DNA of 46,442 bases from an uncultured Lentisphaeraceae bacterium (GTDB lineage: Bacteria; Verrucomicrobiota; Kiritimatiellia; RFP12; UBA1067), in contig CAZKZI010000004.1 of assembly GCA_964557205.1 (NCBI GenBank), positions 1 to 46,442 of the forward strand, read 5' to 3'. Of this stretch, positions 1-9,905 are shown one piece after another. Below the pieces are notes generated by a model that was not told where the DNA came from, searched no databases, and was given only the letters and a program-made list of their open reading frames with translations. Within the stretch, counting starts at the first letter, position 1, and the number at the start of each line of letters is the position of its first letter. Made by a program: the position numbers and the translations under genes.

Positions 1-123
1 AATGGGACATGGCGGCCACAGGCGCCCATCGGCAGCCGACTTTTTCAGCGCAACCTAAAGTCCAATTACGCCCCCCTTAGTGAACTAAGGGACAAGTTGT
101 TAGTGAACTCAGCTTTACTAGGT

Positions 124-741
124 TCATTCAGAGGCTGGAGTCAATGGTTTCGACAGCAGGCCGTGAATGACCGGGTCTTTAATTTTCACCTCGTCAGCGG
201 TCAGGCCTTCCAGCTCATGGGGGAACACGATCCACTCTTCGGTCTCCCTGACATGAAAGTCCGGTTTTAATGCGGTCTGGTTCTGTCCTGGCTTCCAGTA
301 TACCGTAGCGAGTCGCAAGTCGACTTTGAAAGGCGCAAGCTGGTCAAAAACAGCCTGCGCTGTGTTGCCGGTGTCGAAGACATCGTCGATCACCAGCAGC
401 CGGGAACCGGGCACAATCGAGCCGAAAATTTCATTGGCGTTCTCAAAGGTTATTTCGCCGCCGCGTTTTTTTATGCCCATATAAGATTGGCATTTAAGCA
501 CACGGTGACGCGGTCGCAGTCCATGGTAGTATAAAAATTCATGAACACTCACGCCGACCGGCGCACCGCCGCGCCAAAGGGCGATCAGATCATCCGGCAG
601 CCAGCCGGAATCAAGCACCATACGGGCCAGCCGGAAAGTGTCACGCAGATAATCATTGGCGGAAATATATATTTTACTAGGGATGCTGTTTTCCAGTTTC
701 TGGTTAATAGATTCCTGATGACTGCCGCTATAATCATACAT
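124..741 (-). CDS. Type I phosphoribosyltransferase (purine PRTase-like)
   Basis: PRPP-binding motif LLVIDDVFDTGNT, N-terminal ALWRGG, C-terminal WIVFPHE; AGGAG upstream of start. Confidence 0.85.
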   Translation of the reverse strand: MYDYSGSHQESINQKLENSIPSKIYISANDYLRDTFRLARMVLDSGWLPDDLIALWRGGAPVGVSVHEFLYYHGLRPRHRVLKCQSYMGIKKRGGEITFENANEIFGSIVPGSRLLVIDDVFDTGNTAQAVFDQLAPFKVDLRLATVYWKPGQNQTALKPDFHVRETEEWIVFPHELEGLTADEVKIKDPVIHGLLSKPLTPASE

Positions 742-813
742 CTGTTTGGTGCTCCTGCTTTGCCTGCACTTAGTCCCATACTTCGTCGGTTACACTTAGT
801 CAACCTGCTTAAT

Positions 814-1071
814 CGATCCCGCATAGAGCGGGATCGGCGGACGGTTCGGGGAACCATCCCCAGTAGCGTCCCATAGGACGCATAGGCTGTTAGCTTTTTA
901 GGCTGTAGGCTATTAGGTTAAATGCAACTGGCGCGTATGTTTCAATAAGCAAACGGTATTTTGTGTAAAAAAACGCATTTGCTTGTTTTGCGCATCAAAA
1001 CCGTTACTTTTGTACAAACCTAAACACCTCACAGTCTAAACACCTAAACTCCTGCATCCTATGGGATGCTA
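814..1071. repeat. Intergenic mosaic of palindromes, REP-like units and 8-bp tandem repeats
   Basis: Hairpins at 814-836, 839-859, 866-881 and 1054-1069; 864-920 and ~1016-1071 are imperfect inverted copies containing TAGGCTGT/CCTAAACA-type octamers. Confidence 0.65.
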
Positions 1072-1083
1072 ATGTTTTCAATT

Positions 1084-1938
1084 TTATCGTGCCATCAAGC
1101 CGAGATATAAGTTGATGATGGACTGACCCCAGAAGAGCCAGATCGCGGCTGCCGCTGATATGTACGGGCCGAAGGGTATGCGGCTTTGCATCTTGGCCTG
1201 GCCTAACGCGATCATCGCCAGACCGCAGACGCTTCCCAGCAGCGAAGAAATGAAGATGGTGAAGAGCACTGACTGCCAGCCAAGAAAAGCGCCTATCGCT
1301 CCCATCAGTTTCACGTCGCCGAAACCCATGGCCTCCTTTTTGAAGATTTTGGAGCCGATCCAAGCCACCGCGTAAAGCAGTCCGAAGCCGACGAAGAGTC
1401 CCACGCATGAACTAAAAAGGCCCTGCCACCAAAGTTCCTTGCCATGCAAGACCGGCACCAAGGCGCTGATAAGCGGCCCGGCCACCATACCGCCGATGGT
1501 CACCGAGTCAGGAATGATGAAGTGTTCAAAGTCGACGAAAGTGCCTAGGATCAGTCCGGCCAGAAACAGCCAGTACACCGGGATTAAGAGCGGGTGCGGT
1601 ATGGGCAACATTCTGGCGGCGGCGGGCGCGGCCCATTTCATGAACACCGCCAGAAAAAGCATGGCGGTAAACAACTCGACCAGCGTGTAACGGAAAGAAA
1701 TGGTCTCGCGGCATGATGCGCAGCGTCCCCGGAGGACCAGCCAGCTCAAGACCGGCACGTTGAGATACCAGGGTATCAGCGTGTTGCATTTGGGACAATG
1801 CGAACGTGGGGTTATCACCGACTCATCGCGCGGGATACGGTAGATGCATACATTTAGGAAACTGCCGACGCACGCGCCGAAAAAAGTCGCAAAAACGGCA
1901 AACAGCATCAAAAAAAACCGGATTTCCTGTTCACTCAT
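1084..1938 (-). CDS. pilD: Type IV prepilin peptidase (A24 family)
   Basis: GSFLNVCIYRIP, two CxxC motifs, FVDFEHFIIPD, MGFGDVKL, IPFGPY; many TM helices. Confidence 0.93.
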   Translation of the reverse strand: MSEQEIRFFLMLFAVFATFFGACVGSFLNVCIYRIPRDESVITPRSHCPKCNTLIPWYLNVPVLSWLVLRGRCASCRETISFRYTLVELFTAMLFLAVFMKWAAPAAARMLPIPHPLLIPVYWLFLAGLILGTFVDFEHFIIPDSVTIGGMVAGPLISALVPVLHGKELWWQGLFSSCVGLFVGFGLLYAVAWIGSKIFKKEAMGFGDVKLMGAIGAFLGWQSVLFTIFISSLLGSVCGLAMIALGQAKMQSRIPFGPYISAAAAIWLFWGQSIINLYLGLMAR

Positions 1939-2056
1939 AAGTGGTAAGTCTCACTCTCTTTCATTGATTCCATAATACAGATTGCCGATAATGGCCGCAA
2001 TGCGTATTTTTGACCGTGCCAGTCGCATTTGATGTCTCGGTTACGCGGACGGCACG

Positions 2057-2117
2057 GTAGCAACGCCTCCCCGAGGCGTCCGCATAGAGCTTCTGACTCC
2101 TGAATTCTGACTCCTGA
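2057..2117 (+). repeat. GTAG-type REP-like palindrome followed by a 14-bp tandem repeat
   Basis: GTAG-CA-ACGCCTC-CCC-GAGGCGT-CCG at 2057-2082, then TTCTGACTCCTGA twice (2091-2103, 2105-2117). Confidence 0.6.
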
Positions 2118-2172
2118 GCCGTTAAGTTTCCGCGCTATTTAAGACGGCTGGAAGAGCTCATTGCGGAGTTGC

Positions 2173-2200
2173 TTGACGTTAGCGCGATAACAGTTAGTAT
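2173..2200 (+). promoter_or_regulatory. Putative sigma70 promoter of the MBL-birA operon
   Basis: TTGACG-16 nt-TAGTAT. Confidence 0.5.
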
Positions 2201-2226
2201 GTTGAAACAAGAAAGGGATCAACGGA

Positions 2227-2841
2227 ATGCGTCAAGAGATTATGTCGGTTGGGGTATACGGGGCTAATTGCAACATATTGTGGGATGATCCGGCATGCGC
2301 TTGGGTGGTTGATCCGGGGGCGCGCGGCGCGGCGATTTTGGGCAGGCTGAAAAATTTGAATCTGCGTCCCGGCCTAGTGGTTTTGACGCACGGGCACTTT
2401 GACCACATATCTGCGGTGAATGATATTGTGGCGGAGTTTCCGGTGCCGGTGTATATGCATGCCGCCGACGAGGAGATGGCGTTCTCACCGCTTAATGCCA
2501 TGCCGCCTTACCCCGCGACAAGCAGGCCTTCGACGCTGATTACGGATAAGGTCGACGGCGACCGGATCGCCTGTGGCGGTCTGGAGGCGCGCATCATTCA
2601 CACGCCGGGGCACACGCCGGGCGGCTGGTGCCTGCTGTTCGAAAAAGACAACCTGCTGGTCGCTGGAGACACTCTTTTCGCCGGTTCAGTCGGACGCACC
2701 GATTTTCCGGGCGGCAACAGTCGGCATTTGTCAGCCTCCCTCCAGAAGCTCAAAGTGCTGCCGTTAGAGACGCAGGTGATATGCGGTCACGGTCCGATGA
2801 CCACAATCGAGCGCGAGCTACGCGATAATCCATATTTATGA
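2227..2841 (+). CDS. MBL-fold metallo-hydrolase (glyoxalase II/YcbL-like)
   Basis: THGHFDH, HTPGHTPG, GDTLFAGSVGRTDFPGG, GHG. Confidence 0.9.
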   Translation: MRQEIMSVGVYGANCNILWDDPACAWVVDPGARGAAILGRLKNLNLRPGLVVLTHGHFDHISAVNDIVAEFPVPVYMHAADEEMAFSPLNAMPPYPATSRPSTLITDKVDGDRIACGGLEARIIHTPGHTPGGWCLLFEKDNLLVAGDTLFAGSVGRTDFPGGNSRHLSASLQKLKVLPLETQVICGHGPMTTIERELRDNPYL

Positions 2842-3821
2842 AGTTGTCGGAAAAGATCGTGTCCATGCTGCGAGAGGCGGGTGGCGAGGAGGTCTCAAGC
2901 CAAGCCATTTGCGGGTGCTTGGGAATCTCGCGGGCGGTGGTTTGGAAACATGTCGAGACCTTGCGTGCGGAAGGTTATGTGATCCCGGCCTGCTCGAGGC
3001 GCGGTTATCGTCTGGAGCAGGCGCCGGACACTCCCAACGCGGCTGAACTTGTGCCGCTGCTGACCACCGTTCGGATCGGTCGCGACTGCCGTTATGTTAA
3101 ACAGACGGGGTCGACCAATCGCGACATGGTGCTGATGGCTGATGAGGGGGCGGGGGAGGGATTGATTTTAACGGCCGAAAGTCAGACCCAAGGTCGCGGG
3201 CGCATGGCGCGGGTCTGGCATTCGCCGCCTGGCGCCAATCTCTACTTTTCCCTGCTTTTGCGTCCGGCGGTTGAGCCCGGACAAGCAGTGTCTCTGCCGC
3301 TGGTAGTGGGACTGGCCGTAGCTGAAGCCATCATAGGCATTGCGCCGGAACTCGATACGCGTATCAAATGGCCCAACGACATCCTGATCGGCGGGCGCAA
3401 GGTATGCGGCGTTTTGTGCGAGATGCAAGCTGAGGCTGATAGTGTGCGCAGCGTCATTCCGGGTGTGGGCGTGAACGTCAACATGACCAAGAAAATGTTA
3501 CCCGCGCCGTTGCGCGAGACCGCGACTTCACTGCATATTGCGACGGGGCGGTTTTTTTCGATCGTTCAGACACTGGCGGCCATCATCAACCGTTTCGAGC
3601 CGCTTTATGATCTTTGGCGTGCCGAAGGCTTGAAGCCGCTGTTGCCGCGCATAGCTGAGCTTGATATCTTGTTTGGGAGAGAGATCAACCTAGTGCAGGG
3701 GCGTGAGCCGCTGCACGGTATAGCTGATGGCATTCAGGAGGACGGGGCTCTGCGCCTAACGTCCGATCAGGGGAATGTGACGGTTTATTCCGGCGAGGCT
3801 CATCTGGTGCGCGGGATTTGA
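2838..3821 (+). CDS. birA: Bifunctional biotin--[acetyl-CoA carboxylase] ligase / HTH repressor
   Basis: N-terminal HTH (ISRAVVWKHVETL), STN, QTQGRGR, KWPND, KVCGVLCE; ATGA overlap with upstream gene. Confidence 0.93.
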   Translation: MKLSEKIVSMLREAGGEEVSSQAICGCLGISRAVVWKHVETLRAEGYVIPACSRRGYRLEQAPDTPNAAELVPLLTTVRIGRDCRYVKQTGSTNRDMVLMADEGAGEGLILTAESQTQGRGRMARVWHSPPGANLYFSLLLRPAVEPGQAVSLPLVVGLAVAEAIIGIAPELDTRIKWPNDILIGGRKVCGVLCEMQAEADSVRSVIPGVGVNVNMTKKMLPAPLRETATSLHIATGRFFSIVQTLAAIINRFEPLYDLWRAEGLKPLLPRIAELDILFGREINLVQGREPLHGIADGIQEDGALRLTSDQGNVTVYSGEAHLVRGI

Positions 3822-3830
3822 GAGGGGGGT

Positions 3831-4634
3831 ATGTTGTATCAGCCGACACAAGAAAAAGTGGGTCTTATCCGCAGAGCTAGACGTATGCTGAACGGATTGG
3901 GTCGTTCACGCCGTTGCTGTGTCTGCGGCAAACGTTTTTTCCGCTTTTCCAAATACCGCGGCGGGTGGCAGTCTGTTTCGGATTATCTGAAAGCGGTTGA
4001 GTGGGTGGGTAGCGATTTTGACCAGTTCTGGTGTCCGTTCTGCCGGAGTCACGACCGCGAGCGTCATCTGATGCTATATTTTGACGCGTTAGGTCTGTGG
4101 GACAGCTTCAGGAACGCGTCGGTTTTGCATTTCGCACCCGAGAAGCACCTGATGTCAAAGATCGAGGCGTGTGCGCCTGCTATTTACGTCAAAGGAGACC
4201 TGTTTCCGTCACGTGCCGGTGTGACAAGAATGGATGTGACCGCCATACCGCATGATTCTGATGCGTTCGACTGGGTGCTCTGCAACCATGTGCTGGAACA
4301 TGTGCCTGACGACATTGCGGCACTGCACGAGTTGTGCCGGGTTTTGAAGCCCGGCGGACATGCGGTGCTGCAGACGCCATTTGCGAAGGGGCTGGCGTGC
4401 ACACGTGAAGGCGAGGCCGAAATAGTCACGGAGAAGGCCCGGCGAGAGTTTTACGGGCAGGAGGATCATATCCGGCTCTATGGCACTGATCTTTTCGGGA
4501 GGATCAACGCTGCGGGTTTGGAGTTAAGTCTGTTGGAGCACGCTGAAAGCCTTACGGGAATCGATGCCGCTGAGTATGGGGTCAACCGTAAAGAGCCGCT
4601 TTTTTTATGCGTGAAGCCACCAGCCCCGGTGTGA
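3831..4634 (+). CDS. Class I SAM-dependent methyltransferase with N-terminal Cys pairs
   Basis: CCVCG...CPFCRSHDRER, VLHFAPE, FDWVLCNHVLEHVPDD, RVLKPGG, GQEDHIRLYG. Confidence 0.8.
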   Translation: MLYQPTQEKVGLIRRARRMLNGLGRSRRCCVCGKRFFRFSKYRGGWQSVSDYLKAVEWVGSDFDQFWCPFCRSHDRERHLMLYFDALGLWDSFRNASVLHFAPEKHLMSKIEACAPAIYVKGDLFPSRAGVTRMDVTAIPHDSDAFDWVLCNHVLEHVPDDIAALHELCRVLKPGGHAVLQTPFAKGLACTREGEAEIVTEKARREFYGQEDHIRLYGTDLFGRINAAGLELSLLEHAESLTGIDAAEYGVNRKEPLFLCVKPPAPV

Positions 4635-4664
4635 TACTATCAATCCACAAATGGAGTATTTGAC

Positions 4665-5642
4665 ATGAGAGCTTTTAGGGCTTTTTCGATTTGCATCACG
4701 CTAATGATTATATGCGGTTTTGCTTTATCGGCGGCAGCCAAGGATAAGCAACCTAAGGTTTCTGAACTGCTCAAAGAAGCCAATGAACTGATGGCGCAGG
4801 CGCAGGAGGCTTATGTGTCCGGCGAGAGTAAGCAGGCTTTGGAGCTATACCGTAAATCTCTTGAAGAGATCGTGCGCGTGGAACGTGATAATCCGCGGCG
4901 AGTCTCGTCGTCCGAATTCGCGCCGGTACGGTTCCGCAAGGCGCTTTGTGAGACGGAAATCGACCGGATCATGCTGGATGATGTCAGTTCCAACGCCCGC
5001 ACTGTGGCGGTGACGGACACATCGGCATTAGAGGCCAAACGCGCGAAGCGCAAGAAGGCCGCCGAGACCAACAATGTGCCGGATTTGTCGGTCAATCTTA
5101 CAGCCAAAACAATCGACGGAGTACAGGAACCACCCGCCCCGGCGCCACAAGTAGTTGCGGATGTCGACGTCAAGGGTAACGTCAACATCAAAGAAGAGTT
5201 GGAATGGGCCAAGGACATGTTGTCGATGGACCGTTTCGACAATGCCGAGGTGTCCTTGTTAAAGGTGCTGAAAACAATGCCGGAGAACCGCGATGCCCGG
5301 CTCCTGATGGCGTTGTCACGTCTGCGGCAAGGCAAGCACAACGATGCCGCGGTTGTGCTTGACGATCTCTTAGATGACAATCCGCGTGACGAGACCACGC
5401 TGTTGCTGGCGGCCGGTGCGCATGTGGCGAACGGCAGCTACGCCAAGGCCATGGACGCACTGGACAAGGCCATGAAGGCCAATCCGCAGCGCCCGTCCGG
5501 TTATTTCAACATGGCATGGCTTCTGTTAGACATTAACCCGGGCAAGACTGACGGTGCGGAGTTGTACTACCGCAAGGCTGTTCAACTCGGTGGAGCCCGT
5601 GACCGCGATCTTGAGCGGCGTTTAGGAATCAAAAGCGAGTGA
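4665..5642 (+). CDS. Exported tetratricopeptide-repeat protein
   Basis: Signal peptide (hydrophobic stretch, AAA cleavage site); TPR-like helices such as [23 protein letters not shown]; GGAG RBS. Confidence 0.75.
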   Translation: MRAFRAFSICITLMIICGFALSAAAKDKQPKVSELLKEANELMAQAQEAYVSGESKQALELYRKSLEEIVRVERDNPRRVSSSEFAPVRFRKALCETEIDRIMLDDVSSNARTVAVTDTSALEAKRAKRKKAAETNNVPDLSVNLTAKTIDGVQEPPAPAPQVVADVDVKGNVNIKEELEWAKDMLSMDRFDNAEVSLLKVLKTMPENRDARLLMALSRLRQGKHNDAAVVLDDLLDDNPRDETTLLLAAGAHVANGSYAKAMDALDKAMKANPQRPSGYFNMAWLLLDINPGKTDGAELYYRKAVQLGGARDRDLERRLGIKSE

Positions 5643-7295
5643 GGCACCCGAGCTGGCGTTGCCGACCATCATGGCGTAACGCTTCAACCAACCGCCTAGA
5701 TAACGCGGTTTCCATGCTGGCGCGGCGGCGCGGCGGCGTGCGATTTCAGCTTCGTCGACCAGCGCTTCCAGCTTGCGGCCGCTAATGTCGATCTTGATAC
5801 GGTCGCCGTCCTTTAGCAATCCAATCAATCCGCCTTCGGCCGCCTCGGGCGAGATATGGCCGATGCAGGCTCCGCGTGTGCCGCCGGAGAAACGGCCGTC
5901 GGTTATCAACGCCACTGATTCACCGAGGCCGGCGCCCATGATGTATGAGGTGGGGGCCAACATCTCCTGCATGCCCGGACCGCCGCGCGGGCCTTCATAG
6001 CGGATCACTACCACACTGCCGGGCTTGACCTTGCCGGCCAGGATGCCGTCGCAGGCCTCTTCCTGAGAGTCGAAACAGATGGCGGTGCCCTCGAACTGCA
6101 GCATAGAGGCGGCGACGCCGGCCTTTTTGACAACCGCGCCCTGTTTGGCTAAGTTCCCGCGCATGATCGCCAGACCGCCGTCCTGCGAATAAGCTTTATC
6201 GACGGGGCGAATGACCTGTTCATCCTTGATTTCTGCCGCCGCGATATTCTCGCCCAAAGTCTTGCCGTTGACAGTCGGGCATGAGGTGTCGATCAGACCG
6301 GGGATGTCAGCGATGCGTTTTAGGATGGCGTGTATGCCGCCGGCCTTATCGACATCTTCCATGTGATATGAACTTGAAGGCGAGACCTTGCAGACGTTGG
6401 GGCAGCGTTGCGAAATTGCGTTGATGCGGTCGAGGTCATATTCGAGACCGGCCTCACGGGCGATTGCCAGTGTGTGCAAGACCGTGTTGGTGCTACCGCC
6501 CATGGCCATATCGAGCGCGAAGGCGTTGTCCAGCGACGCGACTGTGATGAGATCGCTCGGTTTAGGAGTGCCGGCTTTGGCGAGTTCCACGGCGCGCATT
6601 GCGGCCTCACGCCAGAGTTCACGACGGGCAGGGTCTTCAGCCAGGATCGAACCGTTGCCGGGCAAGGCCAGCCCGATCGCCTCGCACAGGCAATTCATAG
6701 AGTTGGCTGTGAACATGCCCGAGCAGGAGCCACACCCTGGACAACCGGTTTTCTCGATCCGCGTGAGCTGTTCTTCGGTTATAGCGCCGTTCTTTAACTG
6801 GGCAACACCTTCGAAAACCGATATCAGGTCGACCGGCTTGCCGTCCAGACGGCCTGCGCGCATCGGCCCGCCGCTGGCGAAGATCGTGGGGATATTGACA
6901 CGAACCGCTCCTAGAATCATGCCCGGAATAATCTTGTCGCAGTTCGGTATACAGATCATAGCGTCGAAGCAGTGGGCCTTGACCATGGATTCCACACAGT
7001 CGGCGATAAGTTCACGGCTGGGCAGAGAATATTTCATGCCGGCATGTCCCATAGCGATGCCTTCACATATCCCGATTGTGTTGAATTCGAACGGCACACC
7101 GCCCGCTTCCCGGATGCACTGTTTGATCCATTCGCCGACCTTGTTGAGGTGGCAGTGGCCAGGTATGATATCGGTGTAAGAGTTGCAGACACCGATGAAA
7201 GGTTTGCTGAAATCCTCTCGTTTGACCCCGGTGGCCATGAAGAGGCTACGGTGGGGGGCACGTTGGAAACCGGTTTTGACTTGGTCACTGTTCAT
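5622..7295 (-). CDS. ilvD: Dihydroxy-acid dehydratase
   Basis: [55 protein letters not shown]. Confidence 0.96.
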   Translation of the reverse strand: MNSDQVKTGFQRAPHRSLFMATGVKREDFSKPFIGVCNSYTDIIPGHCHLNKVGEWIKQCIREAGGVPFEFNTIGICEGIAMGHAGMKYSLPSRELIADCVESMVKAHCFDAMICIPNCDKIIPGMILGAVRVNIPTIFASGGPMRAGRLDGKPVDLISVFEGVAQLKNGAITEEQLTRIEKTGCPGCGSCSGMFTANSMNCLCEAIGLALPGNGSILAEDPARRELWREAAMRAVELAKAGTPKPSDLITVASLDNAFALDMAMGGSTNTVLHTLAIAREAGLEYDLDRINAISQRCPNVCKVSPSSSYHMEDVDKAGGIHAILKRIADIPGLIDTSCPTVNGKTLGENIAAAEIKDEQVIRPVDKAYSQDGGLAIMRGNLAKQGAVVKKAGVAASMLQFEGTAICFDSQEEACDGILAGKVKPGSVVVIRYEGPRGGPGMQEMLAPTSYIMGAGLGESVALITDGRFSGGTRGACIGHISPEAAEGGLIGLLKDGDRIKIDISGRKLEALVDEAEIARRRAAAPAWKPRYLGGWLKRYAMMVGNASSGASLAFDS

Positions 7296-7343
7296 TGTGT
7301 TGATTCCTTATGTGTGTTGTTTTACCATTCGATACGGGTAGTT

Positions 7344-7925
7344 TCAGAATTTTGAAGGGTTGGCGCGTGAAATGAACTCGCCAGTAGCGGTATCGACCAC
7401 AATCATTTCGCCTGTCTCCAGGTATTCTGGCACGTATACGGTCAGGCCTGTCTGGCATTTCGCGGGCTTGCTGCGTGAGACGGCGGTTGCGCCTTTCATC
7501 ACAGGGTTGCATTCAATCACTTTAAGTTCGACTTTCTGCGGCATTTCGACGGTAAGCATCTTACCGTCTGAAAGCAAGGCGTGTAAGCCTTCCATGTCCT
7601 CGACCAGATACAGTGTCTGTTCCTCGATGGCATCTCGCGGTAGCGAAAACTGCGAGAAATTTTCGGTGTCCATAAAGATGTAAATGTCCGCCTCACGGTA
7701 TAGATACTGCACCGGGCGGCGATCGAAGTCGATCTCTGCGAAAGTCTCGTCACCTTTGCAGGAGACATCCTGTTTGACTTTGGAGACGAGATTGCGGAAG
7801 CGGAAACGGTAGATGGATGCCGCGCCGCGGGCGCTGGGTGTGGAGACCTTGATATCTTCGACAACATGCGGCAGGCCGTTGATTCCCACCAAGCCGCCTC
7901 TTTTCAAATCACAAGCTTTAATCAT
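7344..7925 (-). CDS. efpL: Elongation factor P-like protein (EfpL/YeiP type, Arg at loop tip)
   Basis: EF-P family sequence with loop STPSARGAAS; C-terminal KGATA...KPA..TGLTVYVPEYL..GE.I.VDT. Confidence 0.85.
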   Translation of the reverse strand: MIKACDLKRGGLVGINGLPHVVEDIKVSTPSARGAASIYRFRFRNLVSKVKQDVSCKGDETFAEIDFDRRPVQYLYREADIYIFMDTENFSQFSLPRDAIEEQTLYLVEDMEGLHALLSDGKMLTVEMPQKVELKVIECNPVMKGATAVSRSKPAKCQTGLTVYVPEYLETGEMIVVDTATGEFISRANPSKF

Positions 7926-7957
7926 ATCATATTACTCCTGAAAACAGAGTGCTGATC

Positions 7958-9115
7958 TTAGCTCTTTACGGTATTCGCTGTCGAGATCAGGTGTCGTCGC
8001 GGGTATAATTGACGGTAAACCTCAAGGGTCTTGGCGGCGGCTATCTGCCAAGATAAACCGGCGGCGCGTTCAAGTCCCTTCTGGCGGTAAACATCATGCC
8101 AGTTGAGCGATACAAGCGCGGCGTCTATGGCACGTTGCCACTCCTGGCAGTCGGTCGGGTGGACGATTTTGGCCGCTCCGGCCGTGATCTCTTTCAGCAC
8201 GTTCAAGGCCGAACAGATGACCGGCGTGCCGCATGCCATGGCTTCCAGTACCGGGAAGGCGAACCCCTCCACCAGACTTGGGAAAAGCAGGGCGTGGGCG
8301 GCGCAATAGAGCGCCGGAAGATCCTTTTCAGGGAAATCATTGAGCCAGAATACACGTTGCTCAAGACCGAGTTGCTCAGCTTTCCGGCGCAGAGGGCTTT
8401 TGCTGCTGCCGTAACCTGCGACCACGAGCGGGACCGAGGCGGTCGGGTCAATCAGCGCCAGCGCGTGCAGTAGCGTGGTAACGTTCTTGTGCGGGCGGTC
8501 AGAGCCGAAGTAGAGCAGGAATTTGTCGGGCAGCGTGTATGTTTTACGCACGGCCGCAACTTTTTCGGACGATAACACATGAAAAGCCGGGTCGATGCCC
8601 GGCCGTATAACTATGCTGCGTCGCATGGCGCGTTTGCCGAAAAAGCGCAGGCCGGTCGTGACCGTGTCTTCGGATACGGCTATTAGTTTCCGGCAGTGCA
8701 TCAGCACACGCCGGACGTTGAGTTTCCAGAAAAGCTTTGTGTGCCAGTCGTTGCTGTATTGAGGGTGGGTGACGGGCATGAACTCATGCACGGTCAAGAC
8801 CAGCTTTCCGGGAACCCGCAAAGGTGTCAGGATGCAGGGGACGTGATAGACGTGCGGTCTGATGCGGTGCTCCAGCCTAAAGGTCTGCCAATGCGAACGG
8901 AAAGTGGTAATCCCGCAGTCGGTGGGGTGGGTGGCGACCTTGGGGTGGTCGAGGAAGTCGATCACCGTATCCGGCGGCAGGATCACATGCAATCGCTCGT
9001 CCTCGCGTAGCATCGGCAGCATGGCAGACAACAGCGAGCGTGTATAACGGTTTAACCCCGGATACTCGTTGGTGGCGGTGCGCGCATCGAAAAGAATAGT
9101 GTGATTTTCAACCAT
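7958..9115 (-). CDS. Glycosyltransferase family 4 (GT-B, MtfB-like)
   Basis: FDAR...GLNRY, LTVHE, AVSE, RPHKN, FPSLVEGFAFPVLEAMACGTPVICS (EX7E). Confidence 0.9.
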   Translation of the reverse strand: MVENHTILFDARTATNEYPGLNRYTRSLLSAMLPMLREDERLHVILPPDTVIDFLDHPKVATHPTDCGITTFRSHWQTFRLEHRIRPHVYHVPCILTPLRVPGKLVLTVHEFMPVTHPQYSNDWHTKLFWKLNVRRVLMHCRKLIAVSEDTVTTGLRFFGKRAMRRSIVIRPGIDPAFHVLSSEKVAAVRKTYTLPDKFLLYFGSDRPHKNVTTLLHALALIDPTASVPLVVAGYGSSKSPLRRKAEQLGLEQRVFWLNDFPEKDLPALYCAAHALLFPSLVEGFAFPVLEAMACGTPVICSALNVLKEITAGAAKIVHPTDCQEWQRAIDAALVSLNWHDVYRQKGLERAAGLSWQIAAAKTLEVYRQLYPRRHLISTANTVKS

Positions 9116-9252
9116 TGCAAAGCGTACGGTAAAAATTACGTAGTGACGTAACCGTTACGAAAGGCTATTTTGATATGGACTGTTGTACTCATAATGCGTC
9201 TGTACCAGTACAGACTTGGTCTGACAAATTTAGCTTATACCATATTCAGATT

Positions 9253-9819
9253 ATGATTCCAAGCCAGCAAAAAGAGGCTAGTGGCGACAAGGTCGTTGCC
9301 AGAAGAAGAGTGATTTTGTTGACCGGTGACGGTAAGGGCAAGACCACATCGGCCTTGGGCATGGTTCTGCGGGCGGTCGGCCACGGCTTAAAGGTCTGCG
9401 TGGTCCAGTTCATTAAAGGCCGACGTGACACCGGTGAGGCGCGTGCTTTGGCACTGCTGCCGGGTGTCGAGCTGCATGTTTGCGGCAGGGGGTTTGTCAG
9501 GGAACGTGAGGAGCCGGTTTTTGAGGTGCATGCTGAAGCGGCGCGGGATGGGTTGCGGCTGGCTGCCGCCCGGTTGCGGGATGTCGCGTACGGCATGGTT
9601 GTACTGGATGAGATCTGCGGCGCGGTGGCGTGCGGTCTGCTTGATGCGGCGCAGTTGCACGATGCTTTAGACGGGGCTTCAGACGGCATGGTGGTGGTGC
9701 TGACCGGTAGGGACGCCAGCCCCGAACTGATCGAGATGGCCGATACGGCCAGCCGCATCGAGAGCATCAAGCACGCTATGGAGACCGGCTGTCCGGCCCA
9801 AAAAGGTGTCGAATGGTAG
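9253..9819 (+). CDS. cobO: Cob(I)yrinic acid a,c-diamide adenosyltransferase
   Basis: TGDGKGKTTSALG, VVQFIKG, VVLDEI, VLTGR, AQKGVEW; ATG 9253 preferred over 9175. Confidence 0.92.
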   Translation: MIPSQQKEASGDKVVARRRVILLTGDGKGKTTSALGMVLRAVGHGLKVCVVQFIKGRRDTGEARALALLPGVELHVCGRGFVREREEPVFEVHAEAARDGLRLAAARLRDVAYGMVVLDEICGAVACGLLDAAQLHDALDGASDGMVVVLTGRDASPELIEMADTASRIESIKHAMETGCPAQKGVEW

Positions 9820-9905
9820 GCGTGTTCTTTTGATCGGAATTGACGGGATGGTTGCAAAATGGTTGAATCAACTGTGTCTTCAATACACATCTGAAGGGTG
9901 GTTTG

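Noticed and set aside
760-1071. Possible CRISPR array
   Set aside because: No identical 23-47-nt repeats with unique spacers, and no cas genes
9116-9252. Cobalamin riboswitch upstream of cobO
   Set aside because: No AGGGAA...GCAACTGT core and little space
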